Shown here in pieces: positions 48,846-61,905 of a DNA stretch of 64,000 nucleotides (positions within the stretch are counted from its first letter, which is position 1; every line of letters begins with the position of its first letter). Under the pieces are notes generated by a model. The model was not told where the DNA came from, made no database searches, and saw nothing but the letters and a program-made list of their open reading frames with translations. Origin of the DNA: Mobula hypostoma. Its lineage: Eukaryota. The stretch is taken from the NCBI RefSeq assembly GCF_963921235.1, contig NC_086108.1, positions 8,246,001 through 8,310,000 of the forward strand. The letters run 5' to 3'. The position numbers and the translations under genes are program-made.

Positions 48846-49179
48846 ATTGACCAGTTCACCTAACATGGACATCTTGGGATGTGAGAGGGAACCGAAACAC
48901 CCAGGGGAAACATGGAGAGAACGTGCAAATTCCGCATACACAGCGTCGTACATCAGAACTGAACATGGATACCTGGGGCTGTGAGGCAGTGGTCACTGAA
49001 GCCCACTCAAGCCATATATTAATCTGAAACCAGAGGGGTTTAGATGGAAGACACAAAGGGCAGTTGCATTTTCAGGCTTAGAGTCCCAAGATTATTGCAA
49101 GGAAAATAGTTGATTCCTTGAGGCAAGAGGTGAGAATTCTTTGAAATGTTCTTCCCCAGTGGTCAGGGGTATTGGGCTA

Positions 49180-49660
49180 CAGAATTAGGCCATTTAGCCC
49201 ATCGAGTCTGCCCCACCATTTTATCATGGCTGATCCATTTCCTTCTCGGCCCCAGTCTCCTGCCTCCTCCCCGTATCGCTTCATGTTCTTGACAAATCAA
49301 GAATCTATCAACCTCTGCCTTAAAGTGACTTAGCCTCCACAGCCGCCTGTGACAATGAATTCCCCAGATTCAACACCCTCTGGCTAAAGAAATTCCTCCT
49401 CATCTCCGTTCTAAAGGGACGCCCTCTACTCTGAGGCTGTGTCCTCTGGTCTTAAAATCCTCCATCACATGAAACACTCTCTCCGCAGCCACTCGATCAA
49501 GGCCTTTCAATATTTGATAGGTTTCAATGAGATCATCCCTCATTCTTCTGAATTCCAGTGAGCAGAGGCCCAGAGCCATCAAAAGCCTCTCGTATGACAA
49601 GCCTTTCAATCCCAGAAACATTTTCATAAACCTCCTTTGCACCCTCTCCAAAGTCAGCAC
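49180..49660 (-). mobile_element. CR1 3' fragment
   Basis: LERVQRRFMKM...LEFRRMRDDLIETYQILKGLD. Confidence 0.85.
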
Positions 49661-51184
49661 AGGTGCGTTGAAATTTGTTGTTATACAGCAGTGGCACATC
49701 GCAATATATCACAATCAAAACTGTAAACTGAAGTACAAATATATATTTTAAAAGTTAAATTAAATAAGTAGTGCAAAAATAAAAGTTAAAAAATGTAATG
49801 AGGTAGCATTCATGGGTTCATTGTCCATTCGGAAATCTGATGGCAGAGGGGAAGAAGCTATTCCTGAATCTTTCAGTGTGTGCCTTCAGGCTCCTGTACC
49901 TCCTCCCTGATGGAGTTGTTTCCGATGAAAGGTGTCCGAGTTCTGACATCCCATTAACCCTTCCTTCCAACTTCATCTGTCCCACTCAGAGGTCCCTTCC
50001 ATCTCCCACTCGGAATCACAGAAATCCCACTCCATATCAAGAGATTTTCAAGGAATCGATTGAGTCAGTGTTCAAAGTACGTACGCAGTACACAACCCCA
50101 AGATTCATATTCCCACAGACAGCCACGAAACAAAGCAACAACATGGAATCCATTCAAAGAAATCAAACACCCATCGCACAAACAATGAAAAACACAAAAT
50201 ATAAACATCAAACCACAGGGCCCTCGAAACAACCTAGGAAAACGTTTGGTGTAGTTCAGTTCAGTGCTGAGTTATTCATTGGCAAAAGGCCACAGAGTCA
50301 GTCCGCCCAGATCAAAATGCCCAAAATAGCAATTTAAAAAACGGGAGTAACCAGAAACACACAGCCCGTAAGGTGCAGGAGCAGAATTTGGCCATTTGGT
50401 CCATTGAGTCAGCTCCACCATTTCATCATGACTGATCCATTTCCCTCTCAGCCCCAATCTCTGGCTTTCACACCCTACCTATTCAACCTGTTTTAAATAT
50501 GCCCATGATTTGGCCTCCACAGCAACCCCCCCCCCGGCCCCCCTGTGGCAATGAATTCCACAGGCTCACATCATTATCTGAACTACAGCGTCAAATCCAC
50601 AGACCTCATCAACAAACCTTGTTCCAAGATCCAAGACCAGGTAAGAACCATTCCCGTAATCCCCTGAGAAATGCCACTGACAGACCATAAAACATAGGGG
50701 CCGAATCAGGCCATTCGGACCATCACCTCCAAGATACACTGATAAGTTTTTCTTTGCACATCATGTAGACAGGTCATTCCATACACAAGTACATCAGGGA
50801 GGAAAGAGGAAAACAGTCCTCAGAATGTAGTACTAGTCTGAGAAACAAAATAAGAAGAAATTAAGTTCAAAGGTCATGGTGAGGTAGTTTGGGAGATATT
50901 TAATGTATGGGAGGTCCATTCAAGTCTGATTGTGGGTTAGAAACCTGTGCTCAAGTCTGGTCGTTCTTAACGGTAATATTTTTACACAGTTGGAAGAAAA
51001 AGATTCCACTGTTGAGGAAAGTGGCCATAGTGAGGTTGTGATTAGGGTTGTGCTAGATGGTTCAAGAACAAAATGGTTGAAGGGAAATAGCCATCGTTGA
51101 ACCTGTTGGTGTGGGACTTCAGGATGATAGCTGAGAGAAACTTGCATGGCCCGGATGATTGGGACATTCAATGATAGATGTTTA

Positions 51185-51730
51185 AGTTTGCTGATGACAC
51201 CACTGTCGTTGGCCACATCTAAGATGGTGACACATCAGCACATAGGAGGGAGATTGAGAACCTGGCTGAAGGGTACCACAGCAACCACCTCTCAGTCAAT
51301 GTCAGCAAAACCAAAGAGCCGATTATTGACCACAGGTGGAGGAAACTAGAGGTCCATGAGCCAATCCTCACTGGGGGATAAGAGATGGAGAGGGTCAGCA
51401 ACTTTAAATTTCTCAGTGTTATCATTTCAGAGGAGTAGACCTGGGTCCAGCACGCAGCTGTCACTAGAGAGAAGACACAAGAGTGCCTCTACTTTCTCAG
51501 AGGCTTGCAAAGATTTGGCATGTTATCCAAAACTTGGACAAACTTCTATAAATGCACGGTGGAGAGTATGTTGACTGGTTGTACCACGGCCTGGTATGGA
51601 AATACCAATGTCCTTGAATGGAAAATCCTACAAAAAGTAGTGGATACAGACCAGTCCATCACAGGTAAAGCCCTCCCCACCATTGAGCACATGTGCACAG
51701 AGCACTGTCTCAGGAAAGCAGCATCCATCA
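51185..51730 (+). mobile_element. Rex1/Babar 3' fragment
   Basis: KFADDTTVVG...NFYKCTVESMLTGCTTAWYG. Confidence 0.85.
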
Positions 51731-51834
51731 AAGTTCAAAGTAAATTTTTAATCGAAGTATATATATGTCACCGTATACAACCCTAGGATTTATTTTCCTG
51801 TGGGCATCCTCAGCAAGTCTATAGAAAAGTAACC

Positions 51835-53650
51835 ATATTGAATTAAATTGACTTTATTTCTTACATCCTTCACATACATGATTAAAAATCTTTACATTAT
51901 GTCTGTCTGAATGTGCAATGTGCAATTTGTAGTAATTTATATTTATTATGTACAACAGGACAGTCAATATAGCTCAGAAATACAAACGTGTCAGCATGAA
52001 TTAATCAGTCTGACGGCCTAGTGGAAGAAGCTGTCTCAGAGCTTGTTAGTCCTGGCTTTTATGATACGGTAGTTTCCCGGATGGCAGCAGCTGGAACAGT
52101 TTGTGGTTGGGGTATCTTTGTAAATGTCCTGAATAGTGGGAAGTTCACATCTACAGATGTGCTGGGCTGTCCGCACCACTCTGTGCAGAGTCCTGCGATT
52201 AGGGGAGGTACAGTTCCCATACCAGGCAGTAATGCAGCCAGGCAGGATGCTCTCAATTGTGTTCCTGTAGAAAGTTCTAATGATCTGGGGGCCCACACCA
52301 AACTTCAACCATCTGAGGTGAAAGAGGTGCTGTTGTGCTTTTTTCACCACACAGCTGGTGTGCACAGACCACGTGAGGTCCTCGATGATGTTTATGCTGA
52401 GGAACTTAAAAGTTGTTCACCCTCTCAACCTCAGATCCGCTGACATCAATAGGGGTTAGCCTGTCTCCATTTTTCCTGTAGTCCACAACCAGCTCTTTTG
52501 TTTTTGCAACATTGAGGGGAGGTTGTTTTCTTGACACCACTATGTCAGGGTGATGACTCTTTCTCTGTTGGCCACCTCGTTATTATTTGAGATTAGGACA
52601 ATCAATGTAGTAATTTAATTCGCAGATTGGAGTTGTGGGTGATGATACAGTCATGGGATTGATTCCTGGGATGGCAGGACTTTCATATGAAGAAAGACTG
52701 GATGAACTGGGCTTGTACTCGTTGGAATTTAGAAGATTGAGGGGGGATCTGATTGAAACGTATAAGATCCTAAAGGGATTGGACAGGCTAGATGCAGGAA
52801 GATTGTTCCCGATGTTGGGGAAGTCCAGAACGAGGGGTCACAGTTTGAGGATAGAGGGGAAGCCTTTTAGGACCGAGATTGGGAAAAACTTCTTCACACA
52901 GAGAGTGGTGAATCTGTGGAATTCTCTGCCACAGCAAACTGTTGAGGCCAGTTCATTGGCTATATTTAAGAGGGAGTTAGATATGGCCCTTGTGGCTACA
53001 GGGGTCAGGGGGTATGGAGGGAAGGCTGGGGTGGGGTTCTGAGTTGGATGATCAGCCATGATCATAATAAATGGCGGTGCAGGCTCGAAGGGCCGAATGG
53101 CCTACTCCTGCACCTATTCTCTATGTTTCTATGTATACAGAGAGTAAAGGAGGGGGCTTAGTACTCATCCCTGAAGGGCTCCTGTGTTGAGGGTCAGAGG
53201 TGAGGAAGCCCTATCTTGCCTCCTTCCGGTGATCTGACAGGAAGTCCAGGATCCAGCTGTACAAGGCCGAGGTCTCTGAGCATCTTGTCGAGTCCGGAAG
53301 GAATTATGGTGTTGAATGCTGAACTGTAGCCCAAGAACAGCATTCTCACATAGGTATCCTTCTTCTCCAGATGTGTAAGGACAACGTGGCTGTTGTGTCA
53401 TCTGTCGATCAGTTGTGTCGGTAGGCAAATTGTAGGGGGTCCAGTGTGGATGGTAGCAGGCTGCAGATGTAGTCCTTGACCAGCCTCTCAAAGCATTTGC
53501 TTATTATTGAGGTGAGTGCGACAGGACACCAGTCATTAGGTACAGGAACAATGGTGGATGTTTTGAAACAGGAGGGCACTCTACACTGGAAGAGGGAGAG
53601 ATTAAAAATGTCTATAAACACACCTGCCAGTTGGGTTGCGCACACTCTGA
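51835..53650 (-). mobile_element. Rex1/Babar RT plus 3' end, interrupted by CR1
   Basis: [17 protein letters not shown]...[16 protein letters not shown]...[21 protein letters not shown]...TIESILPGCITAWYG. Confidence 0.88.
52658..53133 (+). mobile_element. Young CR1 3' insertion
   Basis: Open LIPGMAGLSYEERLDELGLYSLEFRRLRGDLIETYKIL...; TTCTATGT-type tail. Confidence 0.92.
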
Positions 53651-54844
53651 GTATCACAACAGAATCAATGAAACACCGCACCAACTTGGGTGTTCAGTCA
53701 GTGGACAAAAGGCAAAAAACTGTGCAAATAGAAAAAGAACGAAATAATAAATATCGAGAACATGAGGTGAGGAGTCCTTGAAAGTGAGTTCATTGGTTGT
53801 GAGAACAGTCCAATGATGGGGCAAGTAGAGTTGAGTGAAATTATCCCCACTGGTTCAAGACCCCTGATGGTGGAGGGGTAGTAACTGTTACCCCTCCCCC
53901 CCCACCACCTCAAAACCAGGCCATGCTCTCTTCTCACTGCCGCTATCTGAAGAAGATACAGAAGCCTCAAGTCCCGTAACCACCAGGTTCAGGAACATTT
54001 ACTACACCTCAACCATCAGACTCTTGAACCAGAGGAGATAACTTCACTCATCCCCATCATTGAAATGTTCCCACAACCATTGGACTCATTTTCAAGGACT
54101 CTTCATCTCATGTTTTCAGTATTTCTTATTTCTTATTTGTTATTATTTTTTCTTTTCCTTCCATATTTGCACATTTCTTGTCTTCTGCACATTGTTTTTC
54201 TTGCCCATTTTTGTCTAGCGCATTTAAAAAAAAATTCTATTATGTTCTTCGTATTTACTGGGAATGCCCACAAGAATCTCTGGGTTGTATATGGTGACGT
54301 AAATATACTTTGACAATAAATTTACTTCGAACTTCTTGAGAGAGTGGCACCCGTAGATACTCTCAATGGTGGGGAGGTAAATGTGGGATTGCGAAGTTTG
54401 CACAGTTGACAGCGTTACAAAAGTGTATAATTAAACGTCATGCCCTTAGGGATGTTTTGAGGTGTGACTGGTGCTGCAGGAATGCATACGTCTAACGGAT
54501 CCATTGAAAAACTATCACAGCCTCCTGACCCGGATCTGGGAACTCAGAGGCAATGAGTTCCCCAGGGCTGGTGGTCCATTCCAATCCCACCACACTGTTC
54601 CTGAGGATCACTTGCGAACATTCCCTGCACAGTCAGAATTCCTCACATTACATTTCTGTTCACACACAATTAGAACCGTCCGTTTGTCTCCCTCTGTCCA
54701 GCGACAAAAAAATGCAGCATCGTCTGGCCAGGAAATGCCAGGGAGAAAGAATGCCCCCCATCTAATTTAGCTCCAATTGGAAATGATTTTGCTATTTTGA
54801 GCACAGTTGTTGGCTACAAGGTCTGTGGACATATTTTTAGGTTC

Positions 54845-55620
54845 AGAATCAGAATCAGGTTTAATATTGCAGGCATTCTGTATGTTGTGAAATTTGTTAA
54901 CTTTGCTGCAGCAGTACAGGACAAGCCATAATAATAAAAACAGAATTACAGTAAGATACAGAGATAATAGTACAAAGTGAATACTGTAAATATATATTCA
55001 AAATAGTTAAATTAAATAAGTAGCACAAAAAGAGAAAAACAAATAGTAAGATGGTGTTCATGGGTTCAATGTCCATTTAGAAATCTGATGGCAGAGGGGA
55101 AGAAGCTGTTCCTGAATCGCTGAGTGTGTGCCTTCAGACTCTATACCTCCTAACAGTGGGAAGAGAGCATGCCCTGGGTGACAGGGGTCCTTAATGCTGG
55201 ATACTGCCATTTTGAGTTGTTGCTCCTTGAAGATGTCCTGCTTACTATAGAGCCTAGTGATCGTGATGCAGCTGACTGAGTTTACAACTCTCTACAGCCT
55301 GCTTCTTAATACAATCCTGTGCAGTAGCTCCCCCCCCCCGCTCTCCCATACCAGACGGTAATGCAGCCAGTTAGAATGCTCTCCACGTACATCTGCAGAA
55401 GTTTAAGAGTCTTAGGTGACATACCAAATCTCCTCAAACCCCTAGTGAAATATAGCTGTTGTTCTGCCTTCTTTGTAACTGCATCGATATGTTGGTACCA
55501 GGTTATATCCTCAGATATAGTGACACCGAGGAACTTGAAATTGCTCACTCCCTCCACTTTCTGACCCCTCTATGAGGACTGGGGTGTGTTCCCTCGTCTT
55601 ACCTTTTCTGATGTCCACAA
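54845..55620 (-). mobile_element. Rex1/Babar 3' fragment and tail
   Basis: EGVSNFKFLGVTISEDITW...VESILTGCITVWYG; (ATTCTG)n tail. Confidence 0.8.
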
Positions 55621-55964
55621 TGGATTCTTTAACTTAAAACTTTTATTCAGAACTTTAAGATGTGGTTGATACGTTCTGTTCTCCAGGCACTGTTGTCGTC
55701 TAGTAAGCACCTGGAATGGTCTGGACTTTTTAACCCACACTAGGTTATAAGTCACTAACAGTTGACCAGGACCTCCCACCAGCAACTGTGGGTTACTGTG
55801 CTCATCTTTTCCTTTATTAAAAATTTGGCCAACAGTTCAACTGTAAAGGTTTTGAGGGACACGGGCTCTAGTGGTTACTTGACAACAAACAAACCAGATC
55901 GGCTCAGAGACTAAGCACAGGGCAGCTGACGCTCTACCCACAGTAATGAAGATGTAAAGTCAAA

Positions 55965-56555
55965 GAGTTATAGAAAATTACAGACAAAAACAGGCCCTTT
56001 GGCCCAGCTAGTCACGCTCAGCCATTTAAACTACCTACTCCCGTTGACCTGCACCAGGAGCATAGTCCTCCATACCACTACCATCCATGTACCTATCCAA
56101 ACTTCTTAAACATTAAAATCGAGCTCGCATGCACCACTTGTGCTGGCAGCCCTCACCAACCTCTGAGTGAAGTTCCTCCTCATGTTCCCCTGAAACTTTT
56201 CACCTTTCACCCTCAACCCATGACCTCTAGTTGTAGTCTCACCCAACCTCAGTGTATAAAGCCTGGTTGCATTTACCCTATGTATACCCCTCATAACTTT
56301 GTATACCTCTATCAAATCTCGTCTCAATCTTCTACGTTCCAATGAATTAAGTCCTAACCTATTCAATCTTTCCTTATAACTCTGATCCTATGTCCTGGTA
56401 ACATACTTGTAAATTTTCTCTGTACTCTTTCAATCTTCCTGTAGGTTGGTGACCAAAACGGTACCCAAAGTAAGCCTCACCAATGTCTTATACAACTTCA
56501 ACACAACATCACAACTCCTGTGCTCAATACTTTGACCTACGATACGCCAAAAGCC
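55965..56555 (-). mobile_element. CR1 3' fragment
   Basis: NRLGLNSLERRRLRRDLIEVYKVM. Confidence 0.85.
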
Positions 56556-56825
56556 CTCTTTATGGATTGAAGAAAGTACATTCGATCCTTTACTAAGAAA
56601 CTAGCAAAGACAATCTTGTAACAGTAAAAACAAACAAATGAAACTAAAACTAGTGTTATTGAACTAAACGGTCTAAATGGTCGCGTTAGTGATCTTAGGG
56701 TATTTAAGGGGTCAACAGAAAATCATTCTGGCTGCTTTTCTGGTTCTATCTAGACTAAGAGCATGAAAACGTAACAATACTCCTCAGTTCTACCACACCC
56801 CAACCCATGTGACAAATTATCCTTA

Positions 56826-57447
56826 TGTAGGGCTCTCAGTAATACTAGATGGACTGTTAACTGTTGATTGCTTATTACCAAAATGGCTTCTCTGAAGTGT
56901 TATATTAAAATGGCTTCTCGTAATGTTAACTGCTGAGCAAGGGGTTCTCTGTAACAGCAATGTTTGGGTTATACAGTGTGATAATGGAAATTTTATTCAT
57001 TTGTTAGCCAATGGAAGTCATGTTCTGTTATCTTGTATATGTGTGCTGAGTTGAGGAGCGCGGGCTTTTTTGGGAGGCGAGCAGAAAGGATGGACGTGTG
57101 AGGAACAGACAGTGGTTCCAGGGCGGTGGACACCGGACCTCGGGGGTTCGGAGGGTGGCTGGAGTCTCGGAAGGGCGTTGTACATTATGTGCACAAGATT
57201 GATAAGTTACTTATGTGGCACCTTTTCTTGTAGTTGTTTCTACCAACCCATCACCAAAAATTTGCTATAAAGTATAATTCTTTACTTGCACTTTGTATAT
57301 TGTTTCATATTTGTGTCGTGGCTGATCATTGAGCGACTCACACCTTATCTGCACCAAAGCAATTGCACTGTTTGGCAGGGTTGACAGCTATTCACCCTAG
57401 GCAATGGGGGGGTGGGGGGGGCGGGGTCCAGAGAGGCAACCGTTACA
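56826..57447 (+). mobile_element. Possible solo-LTR-like element
   Basis: TGTA...TACA ends, duplicated AAAATGGCTTCTC, CCAAT box; no TSD found. Confidence 0.35.
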
Positions 57448-58042
57448 CAACACTGAATACAATACAGACACAATACTGAATACAATACAGACACAAAATA
57501 GATACTCGGCTCCTACATGGGCCAAGCACAGGCAAACGGAACAAGCCTCGATGGCCATCTTCATCGCCATGGACGATTTGGGCTGAAAAGTGAGCAATTT
57601 CAAGTTTCTGGGTGTCAACATCTCTGAGGCTCTGTCCTGGACCCCACATAGTGATGCATCATAGAGAGCATTCTAAATGGTTGCATCACTGTCTGGTATG
57701 GGGGGGGGATGGGGGGAGAGGCTACTGCACAGGACCGAAATAAACTGCAGAGAGTTGTAAACTCAGTCAGCTCCATCATGGGCACCAGCCTCCATAGTAC
57801 CCAGGTTATCTTCAAGGAGCGATGCCTCAAAAAAGCAGCGTTCATCATCCAGGACAAGCCCTCTCTTCATTGCTACCATCAGGGAGGAGGTACAGAAGCC
57901 TGAAGACACACACTCAATGATTCAGGAACAGCTTCTTCCCTTCTGCCATCTAATATCTGAATGGACGTTGAACCCATGAACATTACCTCACAACTTTCTT
58001 TATTTCTATTTTTGCACTATTTATTTAATTTAACTATTTTGC

Positions 58043-58570
58043 GCAGAGGCTGGAAATCCAGGGCAACACACACACAAAGTGCTGGAAGAACTCAGTAAGT
58101 CAGGCAACATCTACAGAGAGGAATAAACAGTCAACATTTTGGGCCCTGGCCCTTCTTCAAGACTGGAAAGAAAAGGGGAAGATGCCTGAATAAGGTGGTA
58201 GGAGAAGTTACAAGCTAGGTGAGGTCAGGTGGGTGGGGTTGGGGGGGAGGGGGGATAAGGCAAGAAGCTGGGAAGTGATAGGAGAACAGAAAAGAGGAAG
58301 GTCACCAGGGGCAGGTGATGGGCAAGTGAAGAACTGGGCCCCATCCTATCAAATTCCTTCTTCTCCAAGCCGACCCACCTGGCTTCACCAATCACCTTTT
58401 ACCTATCCTCCTTCCCCTTTTTTTGGCATCTTCCCAGTGCTGATGAAGGGTCTCGGCCCGAAACGTCGACTGTTTATTCTTTTCCATAGATGCTGCCTGA
58501 CCTGCTGAGTTCCCCCAGCATTTTGTGCATGTTGCTCTGGATTTCCAGCATCTGCAGAATCCCTTGTGTT
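58043..58570. mobile_element. Two Penelope pseudo-LTR fragments in inverted orientation
   Basis: Minus copy ~58043-58330 and plus copy ~58340-58570 are reverse complements. Confidence 0.8.
58435..58472 (+). ncRNA. Minimal type-I hammerhead ribozyme motif (Penelope-associated)
   Basis: CAGTG-CTGATGA-A-GGGT-CTCG-GCCC-GAAA-CG-TC-GACTG; catalytic core intact, G-G mismatch at the base of stem I. Confidence 0.75.
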
Positions 58571-60267
58571 CCTGGTGTGTTTCCTGCAATTTATTGGCTG
58601 TAAAGTCTTTGGAGCTACCACAAAGGGTCAGAGACCCTTGTTCGATTCCCACCGCCATCTGTCAGGAGTTTGCATGTTCTCCCTGTGTCTGTTTCCTCCC
58701 GGTGTTCCGGTTTCCTCCCACATTCCCAAGACCTACGGGTTAGGATTCGCGAGCTGCAGGCACGTTACATTGGCACTGGAAGTGTGGGACCACTTGCAGG
58801 CTCTCCCTGTGTTAGTTGTTGACAAAAATGGCGCATTTCCCACTGTACAGTTCAATGTACATACGACAAACAAAACTAATCCTCTCTAAAGGAGTTACGA
58901 GTCTGTACCGCTGGACTGGCTTCCAGGCATCTGCGCCTCTAAACTTGTGCTCCTTACGGTGGATAGAGCTGCTCCCTCACAAATCCTGAGATCCAAGCTC
59001 AAGCCTCACCTTCAGCGCTGAAATGGAAGGTGCAGACAAACCATCCCCCTCTGTGCAGTCACGGATGCACTAAGTTCCTGGAAGTTCAGGATAAGGACAA
59101 CCTCACCTGGTTCCTCAAGGTCATCTCCCTGAACATGAAAGTACAGCAGCGCCTCCACTTCCTGAGGAGATGGAGGCAAGCAATACTCCCCTACAATCTT
59201 AACTGAATTTTATAGAGAGCGTCCTGACAAACTGCTGCTCCCCCTGGTCCGGGAGCAGCCGAGCCTCAAGTTCAAGCCTCAGGAGGTCAAGTTTATGACA
59301 ATAAACTCGAGTTGCCTGCGTGGAGCTTGCTTGTTCTTCCTGCGACTGAGTGGGCTCTCCCCTCGGGGGTTCTGGTTTCTTCCCACGTCACAAAGCCGTG
59401 TGGGTCGGTGGGTTAACTAGCCACTAAGTGTGAGAGTGAGGGGCAGAATCGGGGGGGGGGGTCATTGGACTTGTGGGAAACAAGTGAGGAAATGGGGAAG
59501 ATGGGATTGCACCAAGAGCTGGCATGGATTTGATGGGCTGAATCTCCTCCTACGCCATATGATAAACGTACAGGCTTCCCAAAATACATCACCAGTTCCT
59601 GGATGATTTCACTGCGTCACTTTCCCACGAGGTTAAAAGTGAGTTAGTGTTTGCTAGTACTAGTCAAAGAATGAAAAAAATTCTGTTGATTAAAGGAACT
59701 GGGGTGGGGGAGGAAGGGGGAAGGAGGGGGTGGTTTGTACAAACACCCTCTACATTCCCACTCCCCCGAGCTGGGAGACAGGCCCCTGTTCCCCCAGCTG
59801 TTTGCGGTAGTTTAACCGTCAGAGGCAGGCTCCAGCAGTCTGACCCCAGTCTCCTCCAGATGGAACTCATTACCTCGTCCAACAGACAGGCGGCAAGGAC
59901 CAGATTGTTACACACTAATAAAAAATAATCCCTGTGGGTACGCGACCAGGGTCACATGGAAACTAAGAACCTGTCTAAGTATCAGCCACCCTATAAAGCT
60001 CGTCACTAAAGCCTCGTCAGCGAACGGGGGATGTTAGGGCTTAGTCTCACACCCCAACTTCCACCACAGCTCCCCTCCCGTCCCATCACACAGGGAAAAC
60101 CAGAGAAACTAGTCTCAGTTCTTGCCCTCTCCTGGTTGCACACACAAGTCCAAACCTCACCAAGACAGACGGGGGCCAGGGACTAATCATGCGGGGGCTC
60201 CCAAACTGGGATCCACAGACCCCTCGGCTAATCGTAGGAGTCCATGGCATAAAAAAGGTTGGGAACC

Positions 60268-60670
60268 TTTTGATGGCTCTGGGCCTGTACTCACCGGAAT
60301 TTGGAAGAATGAGGGTGGGCGGGGGGGGCAGTCTCATTGAAACTTATTGAAAGACCTAGATAGATTGAATGTAGGGAGGCTGTTTCCTATAGTGGGGGAG
60401 TTTAGGACCAGAGGGCACAGCCATAGAATAGAAGGATGTCCCTTTAGAACAGAGACGAGGTGTAAATCTGTGGAATTCATTCCCACAAACAACTGTGGAG
60501 CCCCAGTCACTGGGTGTCTTTTCTGTGGAGGTTGGTAGGTTCTTGATTTGTAAAGGTGTCAACAGTTATGGGGAGAAGGTAGGAGAATAAGGTTGAGAGG
60601 ATTAATAAAATCAGCCATGAAGGAAAGACTCGATGGGCTGAATGGCTTAACTCTGCTCCTGTGTTTTATG
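60268..60670 (+). mobile_element. CR1 3' fragment
   Basis: DLDRLNVGRLFPIVGEFRTRGHSHRIEGCPFRTE. Confidence 0.8.
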
Positions 60671-61599
60671 ATTAAAATGTGGACCCAGTCTGAAACCACT
60701 CAGTTCCTCTGGCATCTTGCTCGTTGCTGCAGAGTCCGGCGTCTGTACTCATAATGGTTTTATTTTTGATTCGCGACTGCATTCCCAAACGGGTTCTCTC
60801 ATCCCACTTCAGTGGCGGGCGAGGGAAAGCTGCAATCTGGACCCCTGCCCTCGGCACCCACCCTGAACTTGGCACATCCAGTGAGAGTATCTTACTTGGG
60901 TCAGAGGTCGGCTTCTTGAGGATTAATTCAAAATAGAACAGCCAGAAAAATGCTCAAAATACCGAAAGCAGAGTTGTTAGTGTTGAGCCCCCCTGGGGAC
61001 TGACAGCTGTAAGAGATCTATCTTGACTCGTGGTCGATGGTGGGGGTGTTAGGGGATCACGCAAGAAGCCTTCAGGGATGGAAATAGCTCAAAAAATCTC
61101 CTGATATCTGTCCTCTCCAAGGAAGGGGTGAGGGTGCTTGGTGCCGTTGGGGATGACAGCCCAATGAAAATTGGTGCTGACTGCCAGAGAGGTGGGAGGA
61201 AAGTTGCAATATTTAAGACAGATTTATCTTCTCCCCAAGTGCCCAAAGCAACTTCGGAAATAATGTAGGGAAGTGAGCTGGAATGCAGGCAACCACACGA
61301 CCCGCTGTAACACTGGATCCCAGAAACGGCAATGAGGTAACGTCCAAGGAATTTGGTGATTTTTTTTGGGGGGGGGAGGAGCTCAGGATGTGAGGAGAAT
61401 TTCCCTATTTTTGGGAACTTTGAGAACCAGAATCAAGTTTATTATCACTGACAGATGTCCTAAAGTTTGCTGTTTTGTGGCAGCAGTACGATGCAACACA
61501 TTAAAAAGTTACTTTTAAAAATGAAATAAATTGTACATGAGGGGAACATAGTATTTGTGGTTCATTCAGAATTCTGATGGCAGAGGGGAAGAACTTATT

Positions 61600-61905
61600 T
61601 ACTGCTTGTTATGCCACTGGCATTTAGGGAAGCAAAGCAAGATCTCCAGCTCTGTCTGTCCTTGGCCACTCAGATATAGAAGGATTTTTCATTCATGTTT
61701 CCGTAACAGTTTTGTTTTACCAGTCAGGGTTGTTGGCCCTGCGCTGAACCCCCCCAACCTGGAGGACCAGTGGCCCACTCTTAGCCTGGCCTCTGCCCTT
61801 TGAGTCTGTTTGGCATGGCTGACCACACCAAGAGCCAAAACATAAAGCCCCAACTCCGCCAACATAGTTCTCCAGGTCACTGAGGCACGCAAGCCTCCAA
61901 ACCCT
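61600..61905 (-). mobile_element. Internally deleted RTE-clade element
   Basis: Reverse-complement homolog of 2690-3050. Confidence 0.6.
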
